Assembly: GCA_904063045.1 (NCBI GenBank)
Contig: CAJFCJ010000007.1
Coordinates: forward strand, 4,223,404 to 4,287,403
Reading direction: 5' to 3'
Source: Dimorphilus gyrociliatus
Taxonomy: Eukaryota; Animalia; Annelida
DNA length: 64,000 nt
Shown: positions 38,094 through 54,100 of the stretch, piece after piece
Layout: every line of letters starts with the position of its first letter
Numbering within the stretch: the stretch's first letter is position 1
The notes under the pieces: model-generated
What the model saw: only the letters and a program-made list of their open reading frames with translations
Told to the model about the DNA's origin: nothing
Database searches by the model: none
Program-made: the position numbers and the translations under genes

Positions 38094-38876
38094 TTTCTTG
38101 TTTAAAAGTAGCAAACTTGATGCTTTTTAGACTTTTCAAAAGTAAAATAAAATTTGAAATGCTTAATGCTCGTACTGAGACTGACGAGACTCGATTGAAG
38201 TAGTGAACGTACTGTTTGTTGCTTGGCGATAGTAGACGCCATAGTAACGTTCATGCGGTTTCTAGCAATGTCTTGGATTAGAAATGTTCGGCTAGACTTT
38301 GAAGAACTCAACCCAAAAGTAGATATCAGTGAAACCTAACCAAGCCTCAAATCGTTAAATGATAGGCTAAAATCATAATCTGTAGGTATTTTTCAAAATT
38401 TTAGGATGTTTTTGTGTTAAAGACTATAAAGTGTTTCAATAGAAAAACTAAGGTAAATATAGAAATACAGTATATAAATTTAAATACAGAGATTCCAAGT
38501 GAAGTAATTAATGAGAGGAAACTAATTAAAAAGAAAGTTTAAATAGGTGATGTAGCTATAATAATTCTTTAAACAGTCATTTTTTGTTATATTTTCAAAA
38601 AGTACTTAATTCTGAGGTAAAAGAAACAAACAATAAATGATAGAAGTAAAATAATCTTATTGATTGCTTCTATTTAAACATTTAGCATTTTATGATTTCA
38701 TTCAGCGGAAATAAATTATAACAGGCGGAAGTGAAAGTTCAAAAGCCTGAAAATTCTCTGACCAGATACAAAAATAAATCTGAAAAAAACAATTATAGGC
38801 TTTCAGCTACTTTTTTTACTACAATAGATATTATTTAATAGTGTGATTGAATTGTAATTTATACCTAAGAGAGGGA

Positions 38877-38891
38877 AGAGAGAGAGAGAGA
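38877..38891. repeat. (AG)n microsatellite
   Basis: Directly visible. Confidence 0.8.
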
Positions 38892-40152
38892 ATGAAAGCA
38901 GAATGTCCTATCGACAACAGGAAATAAGTATTAACAAGAAACATTTTAGGAGTAAAGCCTATTTAATTATTAATAACATTAGTAAACAATTACATAGAAT
39001 AAATACATTTATTTATGGAGACATTTATAATTGGTATCTATTAAATAATCCATTAATTAAATAACATATTTTGAAAGTATGTCTCATAAGTAAGCTAGTG
39101 TATACAGGAAGGAAGAAATAGAAAGTGATTTTTAAATATGAATACATACATAACTTCAAAATTAATTATATTCACATTCAAAATCCGCTGTTGTCATAAC
39201 TACTGAATAAATATCCAGTTTAAAAAAAAAATAAATCAGTGATAAACAAGCCTTTCAATAATTTTGATATGTACTTTATATTACATGTATAGGTTTTTTT
39301 TATTACTAATAAAGAAGATTTACAAATTCATTAATTAACCTTTTATTAAATAGATAGATAAAATACAGTATATAAAAATCTATTGAGTTGTTCTTATTTG
39401 ATTTTGAATGTGAAGAATTTAATGAAAAAAAAAATCAATTTTTTCTTATTTGTTCATTGAATTTAATGCTTTACTTACAAATTGTAATGAATATTACTTT
39501 CTGAAAAAAAAATTGGTACTGTTCATTAACATATTTCCTTCTTCACATATAATGAAAGCGAAACAATGAACATACAAAGATATTTAGATATTCTATTGTA
39601 AAAACACTAAAAGGATAGTTTCTTAATTAATAAATTTATAGTACTAATTATATCTTAATAGTACCTTGGTCGTTATAACTACTGTGGGTAAAGTCGATGA
39701 GGAATTCCCATTGAATATGATTGGTTTCAAAATTTTGATTCATAAAACTATTTAATACCTAAATATCTTTGGTTGTAAATTATCTAAGATAGATGAATTG
39801 TATTCAATTTTTCAAAAAATATTTAATGCTAAAATCATAAAATTGAAAGAAAATAGTATAATTAACATATTTTATTTAATGAAAATTAACACATTTTATA
39901 CAATCAGCTACAAATTAACGTATTTAGTTTACTTATTAAGATTTTCATTTTTGAATTTCTATACCAGATGTCACTTTCAATTGGATTATTTGGTGTAAAT
40001 AAGTTTTCTTATGAATCATTTAAATGATTACAAATATTCCTATTGCTATTAAAAACTAATATCCTATTACGGCATAAATAATTATATTTCCTAATATTTT
40101 CAAGTTTTGCGCACTATTGAATGTTTTACTTTATCACGTGACATAAACAAGC

Positions 40153-41634
<1,482 letters not shown>

Positions 41635-41867
41635 GTGTCTCTATCTCCTTTAACCAACTCCGTATTGTACAGTTCTGTCTGTAAAGGATTTATACTTTTC
41701 TTCCTAGGAAAATTATTACACATTATGGATATCATTTGAAGATGACTCCTTTTATAAAAATAAATGAGCATATAAAGAGTTCTTTTTAATATAATACAAA
41801 TTTTTCTGCAGTCTTATGCAAAAGATTCCAAGAAAAATATGGCAATATTCTTAGACTTTAACATCCA

Positions 41868-43680
41868 TTACAACTTCAGTCTCCTTTTCTTTTCTCCCTT
41901 TCTTATTTAATATCAATGAAGTAATGTTAATGATTGCATAAATAGCTGCATAGCTCACTAAAAGGTAACCACCTATTATAAAATTATACCTATACGTGCC
42001 AGTAATATCTCTGATTTTACCTAAGATTGGATAAAAGTAGTTACGAGTATGAAATGTATAAAAAACAATAGTAATATTTATAGGTTACCTCCAACGGTAG
42101 GACCAATAAGTAGTGGAAAACTATTTGTAAATCTGTAAATGCCAATAGCGTCTTTGACTTTGGTTCGATCAACTTTATCAGTTGTAACTGTGACCATTTG
42201 AGAATATATCATACTATTTACTAGACTTCTTGCAATAAAGATTGAAAAAAAGTAGATTCTACTTGTAGAATATCCCATAAAAGTAAGTAAGATTCCAGAA
42301 CAACCAACGAAAGATACGTAAAGTAAGGTTCTATATCTTCTTATGGATTTTCTATCCATAATGAAACCAACAACAAGTCTAGTAATAACATCAGGAGGAC
42401 AAGTTATTAAGATTAAATTAGCCATCGTTGACCTCTCAATATTTAATTCTTTAGCTAATCCATAGCTGAATAAATTAGTTCCCGACATAATGATTTCCAC
42501 TAGGAATAGGAATACCAGAAATAATGTAAATTGAACATCTTTAAATAGGCTTATATCAACGCTGGAGCTTTTTACAATATCTTTAAAAGAATGAAAAAGA
42601 CTTTTTTTTTCCATAGGAGTTTCTTTATCTCCCTTATCTAATGGTTCTTTTGGTCGAAATAACATACCAGAGATACAAACATTTAGACTGATACCAGCCA
42701 AAATTAATAGAGTACCAGAAAATGAGTACCGATCAAACAGTTTGGCAATAACAAGAGATCCCAAAATACCGCCAACTGGTGGACCACAAAAAGTAATTGC
42801 CATGGCTTTTCCTTTTTGTTTATCGAAGTATTCAGATACGGTAACGAGAGAAGATATTTGAAATAGAGCAGCACCAACAGCTAAACAGAATACAAATGAA
42901 AAGCTAAAACTTTATCTAACATAGAAATTAAAAGGATATTTAATTACCTCCAAGTATACTGAAACCAAAAAAAACTACTTTCAGACACGATGCGAAGGCA
43001 GTGACGATTATTCCAGTAGAGTAGATAAAGGTTCCAATTATAGTTAGCTTCCTTGCCGAAATCATTTTCAACAAGCCAGCAACTATAATTCCTGTTTTAT
43101 CCACAAGAAAACTATTGTTTCCTAGAAACTTTTTGAACATGCGTTACATTTTAAGTAGGAGATTCGAAGTAAAATTATTCACTTTCCTCAGTATTTGTAT
43201 TCTCTTCTGTATTTCTTAATATTATATGCAAACGCCTTATTTTTATTTAAAATTTTGTAGATAATGGAATACTGTACTGAGCGAAAGTTTCTATCCGAAT
43301 ATAGTATGCTCACCCAAGGAAAATCTAATAAGGTTATGAGTTGCCGATAGCCATGCCGTACTCTGAGCTGACGATTGAAACCTTTCTCTAATTTCTTCAT
43401 ATAAAATTGGGTAAATTCTCAAAAAAGATGTATAGGAGGCAAACATCAAAAAACTTCCAAAGGCAACTGCCCATCCCCATCCGCCTTCTTTCCTCTTAAA
43501 TTCTTTCTCTTCGGTCTCTTCTGTCTCTGGTACTATAACGTGAAGCGAAGAGTCGACCGAAGTAAAAAGATTTCCATCAAACTTTGAAAAGATTACCTTC
43601 TTAGCATCTTCACTATTCTTTCCACTTTGACTTGTCACAGATATACCCCTGTTTTTTATTACTACTTCATTAGCTGCCAT
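41868..43680 (-). CDS. monocarboxylate transporter family (SLC16/MFS) protein
   Basis: EGGWGWAVAFGSF N-terminal SLC16 motif; EYFDKQKGKAMAI; GKIRDITGTY; about 12 TM segments over 4 exons. Confidence 0.88.
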
Positions 43681-43950
43681 GTTTTTTTTTCACTTATCAG
43701 TTAATAGACTCCCACTTCTTCTGATGAGCATGTGATAATAGAAAATGTCGTTGTAGAAGTTATCGATTCGTCATTGTGATATTTAAATTCCTACTTTTGT
43801 TGACTAATCAAAGAAAATTTGTTGTCTACTGTCTAATAAAATATATTTCATAAAGCGTTAAATTATTATTTATTACTATAAAACTCATGACCTATATTGA
43901 CAACTAATAGTAGTGTTATAAATCTAGTTTCTCTTATCTATTAATAGTAT

Positions 43951-44388
43951 CTATTCGCTATTTTCTTGAGCTTTGGCAATTCTAACTAAAGATTTCAAAC
44001 CCTGAATTAATAAGAGAGTTAATTAAAAATTTAATTAATTTATTAATCTTACTAGATTTTCTGTATTTAATTGAAAATTCTTCCGTTTTACAAGAGCTTC
44101 TTCCTTTTTTAGATAATTTAATTCACTCTTATAGTTATCCAAGGCCGTTTTAAGATTTTCGTATTCTAACACGTTGTTCCTGTATTTTTGATCTAAACTT
44201 TCGCAACTTGCCTTAAGAATTTGTAACTTTGCTGATAATTTACAAATTTCTCCTTGCATTATATCAGCTTTAGCTTCTAAAGTTGCTTTTAATGTAAACA
44301 AATAATCTCTTTCACTTAAAAGCGTCTTATCACTTAGAATTGAATACGATTTGCTTAATTTATCGAATAAAAAATCCAACTTGTTCAT
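43951..44388 (-). CDS. small uncharacterised coiled-coil protein (~128 aa), 2 exons
   Basis: ORF 44388-44053, GTAAG intron 44052-44002, in-frame exon GLKSLVRIAKAQENSE*; heptad Leu pattern. Confidence 0.55.
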
Positions 44389-44678
44389 ATTTTCTTTAAT
44401 GTTTTATTGTTTTCTTTATGGTTTTCATTATTATAATTAATTTGAAATTTTTTAAACGAATTTGATTAAATATATTCCCTTAAATAAATAAATTGCTTGT
44501 TATTCGAATTATATTGATTGTAAGCTTTATTTAATAAGACTTTAATTAACTTAAAATCAACTGTTATGTGTTTCTAGGGCAGTTAGCAGACGACATAATT
44601 AAGAAACGCCATGTTCGTCAAGAAGACTGCAATACTGAAATGGATTTAGCATTTAATTAGCAAAACGGATTTTCTAAA

Positions 44679-46339
44679 ATGAATATTAATGATTTACCTA
44701 ATGAAGTTAGTATTAGAATATCAAATTCTATAAAAAGATTGTATTTAAAATAAAAAGCGTATTGTAATGAAAACTTTTGCAGATCTTATCAATTATATTT
44801 AGCTATTTAAATGTGAAAAATCGATACTATAATAGATTTGTCTGTAAAAAATGGAATACATTGCTTGCTGCTTTATTGGGCGATGATGGATGGATAATAA
44901 TTCATAAGGATATCAATGTACCAAAAGTTTCTAATAGATATAATATCGCTCTATATGATGCTGACATTAACATTAATCAACTTCTTCCATATGCAAACCG
45001 GGTTAAAGGTCTAAAAATAGCTTGTGCTATTAACTGGGAATCACTAGTTAATTTCCTAAAAAATATAAAAGAGCTAGAGCATTTAGATCTGACATCTTGC
45101 TCAGCATCTTCCTTTCCAAATATTCCATTGCATCATCTGAAAATATTACATATTGGTAGCCTATGTTCATTTGATTTGGGAAAAGTCCTTAGCAAAGCAT
45201 CTTCTCTGAAACATTTAACCTTTCATCAAAGCCATTATAATTCTTCTGTGGACAACTTCATTCGAAATTCAAAGTCATTAGAAGGAGTTCACTTTGAAAG
45301 GATTGTAGAAGAGAATAGAGATTTAATAAACCTATTCGAAAATGGTATTAATCATTTGAAAGTATTTAAACAAAGCGGAACTTTAACGAACGCCTTTCTT
45401 CCATATTCAAATGAAGTTTTAGAAAAACTAACTATTAGTGGAACGGGATTAACAGGGGATCTTTCATTGATGCTTCTTTTTAAGTTAGCATCTCAACTAA
45501 AGTTTCTCAAGTTAGCTACACCAGGTTTGAGAATTGATTGGAATATTCTTAAGAAAGTTACACAGTTAAAGGAATTACATATATCTAACAATTCAGGAGA
45601 ATTAGATAAATCGCTTTCCAGTTTAACATTACTTAAATGTCTTGACGTTGCGTCATTTTCTACAATTACCTCATCAACATTGAAAATATTACGAACAAAT
45701 TGTTCCTTATTATCTCATTTAAATATAAGCGGAACTTCTAATATCAACAACGAAGATGTAAATGAACTGGTAAAATGTTTACCAAAATTGGAAACATTAT
45801 TCTTGGATCATTGTTTCTCATTAACCTTTCAATGTTTGATTGACGTTCATATCTTCTGTAGAAATTTACGAGCTCTAAGCCTACAGAAATTGAAAAAAGA
45901 CGAGACTGCTTTAGAAGACGTTGCCAAATTAAAAAAGCTTGAATATTTGAATATAGCATTCTGTAAATTATCTAATTCATGGTTTCAATCGACCTGTTAT
46001 AAATTATTAACAGTTATAAAACTAAGTCATACGAATATAACTGACGAAGGAGTTTTACATTTAGTTAAAAATTCCTATAGAATTAGAGAAATCAATTTAA
46101 TGGCAACTGAAATAACTGGTGATTGTTTACGTTATCTAATAACTGTTCATTCATTACGAGTTCTTGATATAACTTCTTGCGAAAATATATTGGAAGAAGT
46201 ATTAAATGAAGTTAAAGACAACAATAGACTTAATCATTTATTTTCTTCAATACCAACACCTATGGCTTTGGATTGTCCTTGTATAGCTCTACATCAAAAG
46301 TCGAATGTTCCTTTTCATAAAATATTTACAATAACTTAA
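44679..46339 (+). CDS. F-box/leucine-rich repeat protein
   Basis: MNINDLPNE|ILSIIFSYL...VCKKW F-box split by intron 44706-44782; AMN1-like LRRs (LxxLdLsgc). Confidence 0.88.
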
Positions 46340-46980
46340 ATTCAAACAATTTATATATTGGCAAATTTTTAGTTATTGTTTTCTTCTTTTATAAAAAATA
46401 TAACAAAATTTTTAATGACTACCTATTAATTTAAGAATCCCCTGATCCATATTCTTTGAATATACTAAAACTTTAAATGCAGTTGGAAAACAAAACAATA
46501 CTTATTTGTATTTTAATACAAAATATGCTCCACGGAGCGAAATGCTGTTGTTTATTGAAAACATACAACAGTTAATTGATTCCAACGAAAAAAAAGGCTA
46601 CGGCGAAAAATGGGTTAGTACTTTTATCATAGATTCCCAATATTTTACAACTAATTTTAAGAGATAAGATAAGTAGGCTTATTTTGAAATTGAAATTTTA
46701 GGCCATTGATACTTTGCTCTTTCGAATTAATAAAAACACAAAATGTCTAAGAAAACTATCTTCGATTTGGTAAGCGCCCCTTTTATTAATATACAACCGG
46801 TTTGTAGCATAGATCAATTCAAGGTGAACCACACAAGGTCAATTTTGCAATCTTTGTGAAGAGTAAATCTTGAGAGAAAGTAGACACTAACAAGTAATTA
46901 TTTGCAAAAGAAATTAGTGACGTCTTTTTAATTTAAATATCTCTGATAGTCGAGCTTATATTTGTATCCAAACACAGAAA

Positions 46981-48059
46981 ATGACTTCAGTAAACCCGGA
47001 AAAAACCAGGAAAGAATTGATGTTGAAGGCTTCTGAGATCCACAGCACACCTCATGCAAAAGTAACTGTTGTAGGACTTGGAGCAGTTGGTATGGCCGGA
47101 ACATATGGCATGATGATACAGGGTGTAGCATCTGAATTAGTTCTTATTGAAGCTGAACATATGACTGACAAACTGGAAGGTGAAGTGATGGACTTACAAC
47201 ATGGAATGACTTTCTGCAGAAATGTTAACATAGTTGGAGGATCTGATTATTCCAAGACTGCAGGATCTAAAGTTTGTGTTGTTACAGCTGGATTGAGACA
47301 AAAAGAAGGACAAACTAGATTGGAGCTTATTCAGGGAAATGCACAATTATTTAAAAGTAAAGATATTTCATAATTTTTTAATTATGGTTATAAAATCTTT
47401 TGCTTTACCTTTCAGAAATTATACCTGAACTTGTCAAATACAGTCCAGATTGTACTCTGATAATAGTTAGCAATCCAGTTGATGTTCTGACCTGGCTAGC
47501 TTGGAAGATAAGCAAACTACCTTGGCAAAGGGTAATTGGTACTGGAACTATGCTGGATTCTTCTAGATTTCGCTATTACGTCAGCGATAAGCTGGGGGTT
47601 TCACCAAATAGTGTCCACGGCTATATTATCGGAGAGCATGGGGATTCCAGTGTACCAGTGTGGAGCGGATTGAACGTTGGAGGCACAAGAATTGTGGAAG
47701 CAAACCCAGACATTGGAACTGAAAAGGATGACGAGAATTGGAACTTAATTCACAAGGATGTTGTAGAAAGTGCTGGAACAATTATTAAGAAAAAGGGGTA
47801 TACCAGTTGGGCTATTGGAACAACCATTTCGCATTTGGTACACAACATTTTGAAGAATACCCACTCAGTTTTGCCATTGTCAATAAATGTAAAAGGGCTT
47901 TATGGTATTAAAGAGGATATGTTCTTGAGCAATCCATGTGTTATTGGCGAGAATGGAATTGAACAAATTTTCAAGTTGAGATTGAACGCTGAGGAGCAGA
48001 GTAAGCTGCAAAAGTCTGCCGATGCTATCGGAGAAGTCATGAAAGGTGTAAAACTCTAA
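46981..48059 (+). CDS. LDH: L-lactate dehydrogenase, 2 coding exons
   Basis: VGLGAVG Rossmann motif, TAGLRQKEGQTRL (LDH-type Gln), VSNPVD, LDSSR, GEHGDS, GYTSWAIG; intron 47357-47415. Confidence 0.96.
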
Positions 48060-48417
48060 CTAGTAACACTCTTTGTCAACAATTTCGCTTTCTTATTGCT
48101 CCTATGTCTCACCCGTGTTTTTGGCCAGTTACCACACTCTATCCACATTTACGTTTGTCTACCGTTTGAAAATAAGTTCTGATATGCTACTTATAAATTA
48201 TAAGGTTTAGCAAATGTCCTAGATATGACATTTAGCAATATACTCCAGTGGATATAGATTCTTTCTAGTAAATTCGATAATTTATGTGAAATACAATATA
48301 AAGATACTGATAATATTCGTTTATAACAAAGTCTTTGTAAAACATATTCTTTATTTATTATTTGACTACAAGTTGACTTTCCACAAAAAATAATACCTAT
48401 AACATTGAATACTTTAT

Positions 48418-49600
48418 TTATATTGACCCAAGCAATTTTCCCTCTAGTCGTTTTTTATCCTCGTCCGTCTTTTCCTTCTCTAGCTGAGTTAATTTAGCTA
48501 ATTGGATACGTACAGTTTTTTCGAGGCTGCTATCGAGTTTTGCCACTCTCTCAAAGTCAGCTCTAGCTTCTTTAGGATTCCACGCACCAACGTTGGCTTT
48601 GGCTCGGCGGAAGAGAGCTTTAACGTTATCTAAATAGCAAGAGAAAATATATGTATAATAATAGAGATGTTATCATAGAGCTTTTGCTCTACCTGGCTCA
48701 CGGTCGAGAACTTCGGAAGCAAACGTTATAGCTTTGTAGTAGTTTCCTATATTTAACTGGCATTGCGATAAATTGAGAAAAAAGGGTATCTTTTGATTAT
48801 CTAACTTTATCCATTCTACTTCTCTTGGCTTTTCTTTTAAAGTTAAATTTTCCAGAATGTCGAGGGCTTCTTCATACTTTGCACCTGCTTCCTTATTACA
48901 ACCGCATTTGTAAAGTTCATTTCCTTGTTCCTTAAGACGTGGGATTAGCGCCTCCTTTTCGCTGCTATTTAATGTCCAATTTTCCCTTTCATAGTCTTCT
49001 TGATCCGTGTAAGTCAGCAATTCAAAAATAAATTCCAAGTCTTGAGGTTCTTTTAGTAATTTATCCAAATCATCGTAACCTAATTGCAGATTTTGAAGAC
49101 CACCGCAACAGATAGACGTTTTAGTAACTGGTTTTCCAGCTCTAAAAATTTGGCAAAAATGATACTATTTTTTAAATATATTTTAATAATTTTAATTAAG
49201 AGATTGTATATTGTACCTGATATCTCTCAATTGCTTCATTGCCATGGGAAAACTAAATAACAAACTCTTATCCACGGTAAACGAAGATACTTCTCCAACA
49301 CCCATACTTTTTAAACATACTTCCCAAGATTCAATTTTAAAGCTATGACCCATAATGAGCTCCATCGGTTTTCCATTGTCTTTTCTACTATCGTCTATAA
49401 CGGTGTGATCATCATCGCATAGACGGACAACATAATGGAATGTAACCTGGAAAAGTAGCTGATTATTACAAAGGGCTCTCTTTCAAATTCTAATCTTATA
49501 CTTTTGCCTCATCTCTAAATTTGGATGGAGGATGTTTAGAAGGAGCTATAAATTTCTTCTTTATTCCATAATTACTGTCATCAAGGTGAACATCCGTCAT
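48418..49600 (-). CDS. AIP: AH receptor-interacting protein (FKBP-like plus TPR)
   Basis: VTFHYVV...DDSRKDNGKPMELIMGHSFKIESWEVCL; LKEQGNELY; LNLSQCQL; DNVKALFRRAKA; 4 exons. Confidence 0.92.
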
Positions 49601-50204
49601 TGCGAGTATTATGGTACTCTAAAGTATATACCCTACTATTCGTTGGAATTGCAAAATATATTTTCTACCTGTTATTTTTAAAAGGTTATTCCTAAATAGC
49701 AGAGCGTACAAAGGAGTATGGTGATCGAAAGCAGAAGCTATAAAACTATCATCAGAAACACATATCTATTTGCATGCTATAAATACCCAATCTAATGATC
49801 AATATATTACAAATTCAATCTCTCAATGGGTTTTAGTTTGGTTTGTTATAAGTTTGTTCAATATTTTCAACAAAACTATGGCATTCCTTATTAAACCATA
49901 AAAATCGTGTTTAGGTTATTAACTAAAGACGTAAAAATTCTTCTTAAACTCATAAAAAAGATCTTTTACAGTGAGGCCTAAATCAAACAAACAGAAAATT
50001 CCGTGGAAATTGTCAATATATTTAAAGCTAATAATTCAAAACTTTACTACAAAGAAATGACAAAAATTGAAAAGAATCTAGGGATAATGACGTACTAAAA
50101 ACAGTCATTGAGAAGAATTTTTATGAATATATATAGATATATAAATTACAATTCGAAATGTTACGGTTTTTGAACCATGGTGGGGAAGTATCTTAGCAAG
50201 CAAC

Positions 50205-50220
50205 AGAGAGAGAGAGAGAG
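50205..50220. repeat. (AG)8 microsatellite
   Basis: Directly visible. Confidence 0.85.
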
Positions 50221-51108
50221 GGCGCAAAAGTATGATTAACTTCGATAAGATAACAACATAAAAAAAGAAACTTGAAGATAGAGTCTCAGCAAATTTCGAA
50301 AGATAACTTAATAGCACAAAAAAAACAGAGAAAAAATCTTGTGTTTTGTACAGTTATAAATTTTATATTATAGGTTTAATAGGCCTACATAAATAGGTCG
50401 AGAATAACGAAGTGGGATAATAAAATGTCTATGATTTCTATTAGTAGTACACTTAACAATTGTAATTCATGGATGAAAGTGAAAAACTAACGACAACTCA
50501 TTGAAATTGTTTATGAAATTTTTCATTTAAAACGAATATTGGAGTATAGCCTTGTGTTTTCTCTTCGTTATTCTTAATTACGAACGTCGATACAATGTAA
50601 ATAGATGTAATTTCCTTTATTTTATCTATATTCTAAAAAAGATCAAATTGATTTTAATTTATTAAACATTTTTAAAACGGTTAATTTAAAAACTGTGAAG
50701 AGAGAATTTTTGAATAAATTAATAAACTTAAAGTTAATTTTAATTGGTAATCAAAATATTATTATTAGTTTTAAGAGGTCAATATCTTCTTTATGTTTAG
50801 TTTTTTATTATGGGATAAAAGTATCAGCTCAATGTAACTTTTATATATATATATATATTTACATATATAGAAGACATGCCTAGCTTATGTGTAAAGTTGG
50901 GGGCAGTAGCTTTCAGCAATTAGGGGTACCGATAGGGGTCGCTTCTAGGTTGAAATATCGTTAAACACGCCCCAAGCTGTCGCAGAGTTTTTCCAAATTA
51001 TAAATATCTCATTTATGCTAATATAAACCATTTAAGATAAAGTAGGATTTATAAAAGGATGCTATTAGTTATATTGTATTGACCAGCTGAAAAAGAACCA
51101 TAAGGAGA

Positions 51109-54100
51109 ATGTTTTTCTGCAATAATACAGCTACTGACGGAAGCCGGAGATTGTGCAAGTTTGATATCTATAGTTTTTTAGTCCATTTAGTGTTTAGTGG
51201 TATATTTCTGCTTGGAACATGTTACTTGATCTGGAAAAATTGGAATAAACGACTTGGTGAAGCGTGGCGGCCATTCTCCCACACTTCCCGCTATATATGT
51301 ACCATTGCTTTGATATATATTCATGTTTTGGAATTGGTTGAGGGAATAATAGCCGATTTAGAATTTCCTGGACGTCAGACACATTTGCACTTGACGACGT
51401 CTTTATCGATTGTTTCGGTCATTTTGTCTCTTATTTACTACAATCAAATAGAGGTGAACAGAGCTAGAGGTTTCCTCTTTTTTTTGCTATGCTATTGGCC
51501 GACAACTAGTGCGCTAAATACATTGCGAGCCATAGAATTATTGAAGTTAAATCTCACTGTTAAAAATGTGAGGTGCTGTCTAGTTTTTGCGTCAACCTTA
51601 TTACGATATTATGCTGGAATCTGGGAGGTTTATCTCTTTATACGGGAGAAATACATCTGTTGTAGATTTAAAAGGGAAAAATCATTTTTCGATAAGATAA
51701 AAGGTCACGAACATTATCATGCAAACTTTTTGTCAAGGTTAACGTGGAATTGGATAACACCTTTACTAGCTGGAGGTTTTAGCAAGAAATTAAATCTAGA
51801 AGATCTTGGTCAATTTTATCCCACCGAACAATCTGAATCAAATTCTCAAAGAATGAATGAAGAAATGATGAAACAAAGTTACAAAAATGGCGGCAAAATT
51901 AATTTATGGAAATTGATAATTAAATGCCATGGAAAATATTTTGCATTGAGGTATTTAAATTATTCGTTTATTGCTTATTACATTTTTCTAATTTATTACT
52001 TTTTTTTATTTAAGTGGTTTATGCAAACTGATTGCTGATATGTTATTATTCTTTGGCCCATTTGTACTAAATAGAGTCGTTATTCATGCTGGATTGTATT
52101 CTGAAAATAAAAATTTCTTGGGAAATTATTCAATGTCCTATCCAATTTCTTTCCATAGAAATTATAGCAATGAATACAATACTACCGAAGACTTTATTAC
52201 TAATTACATTCCACCTCAAAAACCTGTTTATCCTACTTGGGATTTATTGATGCAAAATGGATTTTTTCTTGCTGTTCTTGCCCTTGGAGTACAACTTATT
52301 CAAAATATTTTATGGCAAAATCATTTTTTCCTTGCTATCCGAGAAGGTATTCGCTGTAAAGGCTCCTTACAAGGTCTTATTTATCAAAAGAGTTTGAGGT
52401 TAACTTTATTTTCACTAAATGACGATGAATTCAGCGGAAAAATCCTCAATCACATGTCGCTTGATGCTTATCATATGTATTTCTTGTTCTATCTTGGTAA
52501 CTGCTCGTGGACAGTTCCAATTCAAGTTGGTGTTACAATTTTCTTATTATATCAACAATTGGGTGTTTCCGCTATCATTGGAGCTATTTTCCTTATTTTA
52601 ATTCTCCCTCTACAAATAACTGTTGGAGGTGTGATGTCGAAATTCCAAAAGAAGGCCATGCGCTACACTGATAAACGTATTAAACAATGTAACGAACTAC
52701 TACAAAGCATTAAATTACTGAAACTTTATGCATGGGAGTTGGTTTTTAGGGATAAATTAGAAGTCACGAGAATGAAGGTATTGTATTTCAGATACTGTAT
52801 TATTCTCTTGATAGATATTCATTATTTCTTTATTATCAGGAATTAAGAATGATGCTGAAAGCAGCGTGTATGAGAGCTATTTCACTTGTTCTTACAGAGA
52901 GTGCACCAATATTAGCTATTATGGTAACATTTCTTCTCTACTCTCAAATGTCTGGAGAATATCTGACTGCTAATAAAGTATTCTCAGGTGTGGCTCTGTT
53001 CAATTTACTTCTTATACCGTTGGTTGTAGTGACAATGATTGTTGGAGCAATAAGTCATGCAAAAGTTAGTTGTAGAAGAATTAACGATTTTCTTGAAATG
53101 AACGAAGTTGAAAAGGCAATGACATCCTTCTCTAATGCTGATCATCAAGCAACGGCTGTACAAGTTGCAGATGGTAATTTCAGCTGGAAAGTATCAGTGG
53201 AAGATGACAACGAGGAAATTGAAAAGCATTTGAGTGATATCAACCTGTCGATACCGGAAGGAAGTTTGACTATTGTTGCTGGTCCAATAGGAAGTGGAAA
53301 ATCATCACTACTATCAGCCATCCTAGGAGAAATGACTACAATTTCTGGATCAGTTAAATGGCAAAAAGGAGCTAAGGTGGCCTATGGATCGCAAAGAGCT
53401 TGGTTAATGAATGCCACTTTAAAGGATAATATCGTGTTTGGTTCTCCTTACGATGATTATAAGTATCGGAAAGTTATTGAGTGCTCTGCCTTGAAACAGG
53501 ATATTGATATATTACCTGCAGGAGATCAAACTGAAATTGGTGAAAGAGGTATAAACTTGAGTGGAGGGCAAAAACAACGAATCAGTATTGCCAGAACTTT
53601 ATATTCAAACTCTGATATAATTCTCTTTGATGATCCTATGTCGGCATTGGATGTTCATGTTGGAAGGCATATATTTGACGAAGCGATTTATAAATATCTT
53701 ATAAAGGAATTGGGTCGAACTGTTATTCTGATTACTCATCAAATGCAATATCTACCGAAGGCGGATAACATTATTGGTATGAGTAAAGGAAAAATTATTG
53801 CTAAGGGAACTTATGAGGATTTGAGTGAAAACCACCCAGAATTGATTGCATCATGGGAAAAAGGATCGTCTGAAAAAGAAGAAAAAAAGTCTCTCGAAAA
53901 ACGTCGTTCATTAACAGGTTCCGAAACCGATCTAGTTTGGAGCAGTAAATTCGCCCAGAGTATTTCTCGCTCAGGAAGTATTGCTACTCTTCATTTAGTT
54001 GGAAATGATCTTGATAATTCGGAGGACGTTGAAACAACACGAAAACAGAAGACTATTATTGATGAGAAAAAAACTGATGATGAAGCTGGAAAATTGATTA

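Noticed and set aside
38102-38311. ORF upstream of the intermediate filament gene as a coding exon
   Set aside because: No IF-head similarity, no usable donor in phase, and TCAGT initiator-like motifs suggest TSS or 5' UTR
46525-46575. Two small hairpins upstream of LDH (GCTCC-AC-GGAGC; CTGTTGT...ACAACAG)
   Set aside because: Too short and no recognisable RNA family signature
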